37,232 bases of DNA, taken from positions 1 through 37,232 of the forward strand of contig JAPEUG010000144.1 of NCBI GenBank assembly GCA_026025795.1, given 5' to 3'. A program made the position numbers and the translations under genes. The stretch comes from Thelocarpon superellum. Taxonomy: Eukaryota. Below the pieces are notes generated by a model, which was given only the letters and a program-made list of their open reading frames with translations, did not search any database and was not told the origin of the DNA. Below, in pieces: positions 31,001-37,232 of this stretch (the first letter of the stretch is position 1; the number at the start of each line of letters is the position of its first letter).

Positions 31001-33445
31001 TCCCCTTCGACCGTGGCTTCACGGCCTTGAGGTGGGTCGGGACGGCGGCGGCAGCGCCCGTGTCCCCATTGACGCGGGGTGCCTCGGCATCGCCCGTCTT
31101 CTTGCCGTCGGGCTTGATGTGATCGAGCTCGTAGAGCAGGCTGTCGAGCTTGCCCAGGCTTCGCTGCCGCTCGACGACATGCTCGAGGCGGTCTATCTCC
31201 CGTTGCATCAGCTCGACATCTTGGTCGGCCTCGGCCAGTCGTTCCTCCAGCGTGGAGATGTAATCCTCGCAGCTGGCTTCGTTCTCCCGCACCCGGGTGA
31301 TCTCCTTGCGCAACTCGATGACGATGGCCGAATTCTTCTCCTCGCCCGAGGTGTGGCCATCCAGCTTGGCCTCGAGATCATGAAGGTAGTTCTCCGTGCT
31401 GGACTCGCGGTCCATCATCTTCTGCACCCGCGCCTGGAGCTGAGCGTTGACCGTCTCGATGTAGGCGCACTTCGTCTCCTTCTCGAGGAGACTGCTCTCC
31501 GTGGAGGAGAGGGAGGAGCGTGTGCTGGACAGGGACGTCTCGAGGCTCTGAATCGTTTTCTCGTACTCGAGCACCACCTGCTCGACGGCCTCGGCGAAGG
31601 AGTTGGACCGCTTCAGCCGCTCGACGGCGCTGTCGCTCATGGCACCTTCCAGCTCGTCGTTTTGCGAGGCTTCGCTGTCCCGAGCCTTGGCGATCTCGGA
31701 GATGAGCTTGGCATGACGGCCGCTAAGGGCGGTATAGTTCTCTTGGATGTCGAGCAGCTGATTCTGCAGGTCCATTTCGCGCTCATTCTGTCGCTCCGCC
31801 CGCTCTTGCGGCGCGATGCTGCGTTTGTCGGTCCGCTCGGCATTGCGGATCTGCTCGCGCAGGAAGGCGACCTCCGCGCGGAGGCGGTCGATGAGGGCTT
31901 TCATGTCCCCGTCTTCGTTGACCTGCTGAATCCGCGGCTTGCTCTGGATCGCCCGCGCCCGTTGCGCATACTGCACCGTGTTGAGCGTCTCGCTGAGGTG
32001 GAATTCTGCCGGCGTGACGCAGGCGATCATGTAGGTAATGGCGTTGCCGCCAAGCGAGTCTTGGAGGAGGCGCGTGAGCTTGGAGTCTCGGTAGGAGACG
32101 TGCGAGCCGGATTGTCGCGACGACAGTTGAGAGATGACCTTGCCCAGGCTGGCCAGCCCGGCGTTGATGGAAATGCCCTCCTTGGCCCGCTCGCCCTGAG
32201 CATGCGTATTCTAGAGATGGTCAGCCGCAGCGTGCTATCCTCGCGCCGTCGTGCCACTGACCTTGAGCCGCTCGCTTCCGGCGAGATCGACGAAATGTAG
32301 CTTGCTATCGACCGTGATCCAGTGTTCCGAGCCCGACATGGCCTCAATGGGCACCGACAGGCGCTTGTCGTGGGTGGAGGTGGGGTGTGCCTTGTTCTTA
32401 CGCTGCACCAGATTCAAGCTGAAGACGGCGTGCGATCGGGAGGATTTGGCATTGATGGCCGTGGCATCAGTTTGACGGATCATCGACCCAAAATTGAGAG
32501 CGCCGAGTAGGTCCTCGATGGAGTTGATGGTAACTTGGTGCAGGCCGGTAAGCAGGATGCGGCCCTTGGGATCCTCGCGAATGGCCACCCCATTCCGCTC
32601 GTGTTGCGGGACAGCCTCGGGGAGTAACAAGTCGCGGAGCTGCTCGTTGTAGATCTCGACGTAGGTGGCCTTCATGACCCAGTCCTTCTCCGCCGGCCGG
32701 GAGAGGGTGCCGACGGAGGCCATCGAGTAGCGAGTGGGGGTCCGGAGATTCGAGCCGTTGGGTCGAGCAGACGCCAGTCCGGCGCCCAGTTTCTCGAAGA
32801 GAAGCGAGGCGGCGCGGGGGATCACGCCTAGCCGGGCGACGGCCGTGTCAGCAAGGAACGATGAAAGCAAGGAGAGGAGGGGGAGAAGGAGACAGGCCAC
32901 GCACCCATGATTCGGGGATCATTCTGTTCCGTGGGGCCGGAGGTGCCCATGGTGTATGATTTGCCCGAGCCGGATTGGCCGTAGGCCAACAGCGAGACGT
33001 TGTAGCCCTGGACGAAGGCATTGACGCTCTCGCTGAGGTATTCCCACACGCCCTCCTGGGCGACATCCTCGCCGAACACGCGGTCGAAGACGAAGAGCTT
33101 GCGGCCCTGGGGAGAGTCGACGGCGAGGCTCGTGGGCGAGGTGACCTGGACCATGGAGCGTTGGAAGCGTTGCGGGATGAGCTCGAAGCCGGGGTCGGTT
33201 GATTTGAGCGGCGGCCGGACCCGGACGGCTATCTTCGTGAGCGGGGGGGTTGTGGCGAGGGAAGAGGCGCAGAAGAACTCACCGACTTTGACCGAGGTGC
33301 GGCCATCCTCATCAGAGGCACGACTGCCGCCGCCGTGTTTGCTGCTGACACTGGTTCGACTCTGGCTGCGCGGAGGCGGGCGGATCATGGCACTCATGGG
33401 CCGCTGTGGAAGGCCAGACGGCGAGGTCGGAGGAGAGCTGGCCAT
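28065..33445 (-). CDS. Kinesin with N-terminal motor and long coiled-coil tail (kinesin-4 / KIF4-KIF21-like), ~1713 aa; exons 33445-33283, 33228-32905, 32827-32262, 32210-28716, 28658-28065
   Basis: Motifs VKV|AVRVRP, FVFDRVF, P-loop [19 protein letters not shown], switch I NAKSSRSH, switch [32 protein letters not shown] and [15 protein letters not shown], then a heptad-rich tail. Four canonical introns of 54, 77, 51 and 57 nt. The subfamily call is inferred. Confidence 0.93.
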
Positions 33446-36400
33446 CTCTCTGGTGGCGATGGCGGCGACAAAACCACGGGGATGGAAGGGCGCGGGGCCC
33501 GCGGCGTCGGGGCCGGGCGGAGAGGGGTGGACGGGGTCGGCGTCAGGATGACGATCGCAGTGAGTTGGGTGTTGGGTTGGGTGCTGTCGGAGCGACGGAT
33601 CAGAGGAGGTGCACGATTCCACAATGGTTGGCGCTGGGCCGCTTCCGACGTGAGGAGGCGGGCGATGTCGATCCTGGCCGCGGCCGTGGCCCAGGTCGTG
33701 GTGGCGTAGACGCTCGGCTGGATCGAGGATGCCTGCGGAGCGGAGCGCAGCGGCACGCGCGTACGGAGGGTGTCACAGCAGCACAAGCGACGCCGAGTCG
33801 GGAGTGAATCCGACAATGAGGTCAAGCAGCCGGGGGCGACTTGAGTGGCGACGGCGACGGGGACGGCGACAGCGTGGAGACGATGGACCGGCACGACATG
33901 TTTGGGCAAATTTTGGAGGAGACTTGCGGCTGTCCGTTGCCCAGGTAGGGTTGTTTCAGGAGAGAGGCAAAAGCTGCGAGGTACAAGAACGGACGTGCGA
34001 GCCGGCGGCGGCGGCGTCGGCGGGCGATTCGTCACGGTGCGAGCGAGGGGATGGGGGTTAGAAGGGACAGTAGATCGGTATTATTCTACCAGTACCAGGG
34101 CTACGACGACTACGGTGACTGGTCCGCCGCGTTCCCGCTGCTGGCAGCGTGGGAGGGGGAGGGCTGCGAGAGAGAGCGAGGGAGGGAGTGGACCCGTCGC
34201 CCTGAGCGCTAGTCAAGGTGGAGGTTGGTGGGTGGGAGCGCGGGCGGGCGCACATCGGCCAGCGATCCGCCCGCGGCCAATGAGCGGCCGGCTCCCCGAG
34301 CGTCCCTGGGGTTCGCGACCGGGGAGGTACCCGCGACGCCCAACGTCTTTGTGTGTGGGACAAGGTCACCACGGCGTACTGGTACTGGTCGGAGTACCGT
34401 GCCCGCGCCGTGCTTTGGTCCACGCGAGTGCTCCTGTCTCTCGGTCCTTGGTACTGGTACCTGCACCGACCCTCGGCACTATCGCTCCAGACTTGCCCAG
34501 GTCGCGTGGAGTAATCTCTGGCCGGGAATTAGGGTCAAGCACGGACGAGAAGCGAGCCACGTCCGGCGCGTAGGGGTCTCCTCCAACTCCTTACTCTGGA
34601 ACGATTGTTCGGCAAGGCAGCGTGGCGCGAGTCGATGGCAGTATTTCCTGCGACTTGTGCCTCAGTAGGCCCCTACCATCTTTGGAGGCCGACTGATACC
34701 GGCGTGGTGCGAGTATTCGTACCATAGCACAAGTGGAGGCGTGCTCGAACCAGGCCAGCCACGACACGAACTCCTACCAGAAGGGCATCGGGGGCCCCGG
34801 AAGTAAGAGGGCGCCTGTCGTACGAAGCACTACTAAGATGATTCTGCCTTAGCAAAGTCGCCAAACCCTTGAGCTCCCGAAGCGACGCTAGGACGCTCTC
34901 GGTCGAAGCAATTGAACATGGGATCTGGCCCCCGCGGAAGGCTTGGCCTGGACATGAGCCTGGACATGGGCCTGGGCATCAACCGGCACCGCGACACGTC
35001 GGTCAGTGTCAACGCAAGTTCGCGAGCGCATGCGCGCCTCGGCGTGATCGGGTGCGGATCCGATGCATCACGCTGGGCACGTATGGAAGCTGGCGTAGAA
35101 GACCCACCGGCGCCCCCTAAGGGGCCTCGGAAGACGCTTCTCCCTAAATTGTGCTGCTAATGCTGCGTGCTCATTCACTACTCGCTCTCTCGTCGCAGGG
35201 GGTGGCCGGTGCCTGACACGCCGAATACGAGTCTTCACATGGTCTAACTACGCTGTGCCGCGAATGAGTGCCGCGCTGGTGGCGTGCAAGTCTGCGGGCG
35301 TGCGTACGCACAGTCCACTACCAACACCTAAGCTGTGGCTGATTATTGTTACTGTCAAGCGTGGTTGGCGCATGGCATGAAACGCGTGCTGGGACCGGTG
35401 CACCAACAACAGCCCTTTGTCAGGTCCGCGTTCGCCACGACGACGATCGGGGATTGCCGGCGCGCTCGGCCGGGAGCCTCGTTTCTCTCGCGCCATCAGC
35501 CCACAGGCATCATCCGCTTCGTGCCGGACCCGGAAGCGACCAAACGCGGTAAATATCAGTTTGGCGTGGTAAATACCATCAGAGGCATGAGGACGAATAC
35601 GAATCGGTCCATAACGCCATCAACGATGACTGATCGATCATTGATAAGAAACGATACGGTCTATGCAGGGGGTTGTGTCGATCTTCGAGGGGTAGATTCA
35701 ATCTTGCATGCAAGTCCTTGTTGACCGTCTCGATCTCGCCCTTTGATGATGGGTCGCTGGCCTCGGAAACGACGGCCTCCACCGGTTCAAATGTGACACG
35801 GGCTCGGTCCCGGGAACGGCGCTTGGGAATGGGAGACCGTCACGGAAGATCGGCTGGCGTGGTCGGGTATGGATGCCGACCATGAGGCTTGGTCAGCCGT
35901 AGCTCGAGACACGGCGTCATGACCACGTCCATGGCTGTGTTGACACGACGAAGATGAACGGTAGCTACCAGTCGCTAGTCGTCGGAAACACTGAGACCGC
36001 ACAGGGATCTCTGGGGCCTCCTGCAGGAGAAACAGCGCCATCTAAGGTTCAGTGTCCAACGACAGATTCGACGGGAGCAGTTAAGGGGTACCGTGCCGCT
36101 GGTGGGTCTCTTGAGATGTCGTTCGGGTGCCATGCGTCTTGGTGGGACGGCGAAACGAATGATCAGGCCATGGCAGGTGCAGAAACACATGGCTAACCAA
36201 GGATCAGGAGACGCGCTTGATGGTGGCCGTGCTGACGGCGCTCCGGACCCATGATGGTCTGTGGTGGCCGGTCGCACCAGCCGATGGACCAGGATGGAGA
36301 GGTATGGTACGAAATACCATCCTGGCCTTGGACCCGGGGTAGGAGCACTTGTGGCAGTAGCGGCAGTGATCGCGTTCTGATAGCCCAGCTGCCCCTGTAC

Positions 36401-37232
36401 AACTCAGCCCTCGTCCCCACCCGACCAACTTCATCGTGTCAACAATCATAGAGGGGACCTGAAAAGTGCCGGGCGGCAGGCGACGACAGACCAGCAGCAC
36501 CACGTACCTGTACCTGGACGATACTTGTAAGTGCTTGTGCGGATCCTGGTCGATGCAGGTACCTCTCGGCGTGGCGACGGCTCAGCTGCACTGGTCCCAG
36601 CTGCCATCTCCCTCGCCCTCTTAAATCGGTGATTGGGCGACGCTGCGACTTTAGGGTTTCTCCGAAAAACGTGGGGCCGTTTGGCTTGTCGATAGTCGGG
36701 GCCGCCAATGAGACGGATGCCCTTCCCCCCACCCTGCCTCCCCCCCATATCCACGGAGGGCGATCGCAAAGCACCCACCCTCCGACGCGGGAAGGAGACG
36801 ATCGGAGAAAGATGGACCACGTCGTCCCGTTTCTCCGCAGATGGAGTCATCGCGCGCGAGCGAGCTAAGTCAAAGGTGTGGCCATACTGCAACTGGTACA
36901 ACCGGCTGACGCGGGTCTGCGCTCCCTCGAGTCTACGACGGGTACAGACAGCAGACGCTCTCTGTGCCTCAGACGGGGCTCCCTGCTACGGAAGACATTG
37001 AAGTTGATGTACGAGAGGATACTCTAGACTGCCGACTGAGGTCATCGGCAAGCCCCGTTAGCCGTGCCGATGGGCTGGTCATGAGCGTGGTCAGTACTGG
37101 CTCTAGCACCTGGCACCTGTTCGCGGACATGCGCACGGCAAACAGTGGGCGACCGTAGGGTACAGCGAGAGATGGCTTTTGTGCATCTGCATAATCGCAC
37201 AGGCACGGGCGCGCGGTCCTGTCAGTGGCAAA

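Noticed and set aside
29094..32300. Long + strand ORFs (474 aa and 494 aa) antisense to the kinesin
   Set aside because: Shadow ORFs expected opposite a GC3-rich CDS; no motifs. The same applies to 9850-10803, 12850-13713, 23271-24446 and 6197-7129.
34600..37232. Numerous 60-150 aa ORFs on both strands at the right end
   Set aside because: No codon bias, motifs or consistent exon chain found; treated as intergenic/promoter DNA, although a decayed gene cannot be excluded.

Overview
GC-rich, intron-containing eukaryotic DNA from a filamentous ascomycete (Pezizomycotina-type gene content; mostly 50-70 nt GT-AG introns with CTRAC-like branch points; most starts in a CATC-ATG context). Nine spliced genes were reconstructed by hand: DNA polymerase delta subunit 4 (+), a conserved-looking hypothetical protein (+), a DDHD-domain phospholipase A1 (+), the divergent ATP-citrate lyase pair acl1 (-) / acl2 (+), a GPI-anchored CFEM protein (+), a Ulp1-family SUMO protease (+), a divergent secreted pepsin-like protease (+) and a ~1700 aa kinesin-4-like motor (-). 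The most unusual non-genic feature is a ~495 bp element at 25151-25645 with ~55 bp terminal inverted repeats and at least five internal hairpins or palindromes, lying upstream of the protease gene; it may be a MITE/fold-back element or a structured RNA. Also notable: predicted 5'-UTR introns in both ACL genes (with a strong hairpin in the acl2 one), a DAG in place of DTG in the protease, a KPED in place of KPG[C/A/S] in Acl1, a TM-like segment in Ulp1, several orphan ORFs and many micro/minisatellites. No tRNA, rRNA, CRISPR array or transposase was recognised. All assignments come from motif recognition by eye, without database searches.
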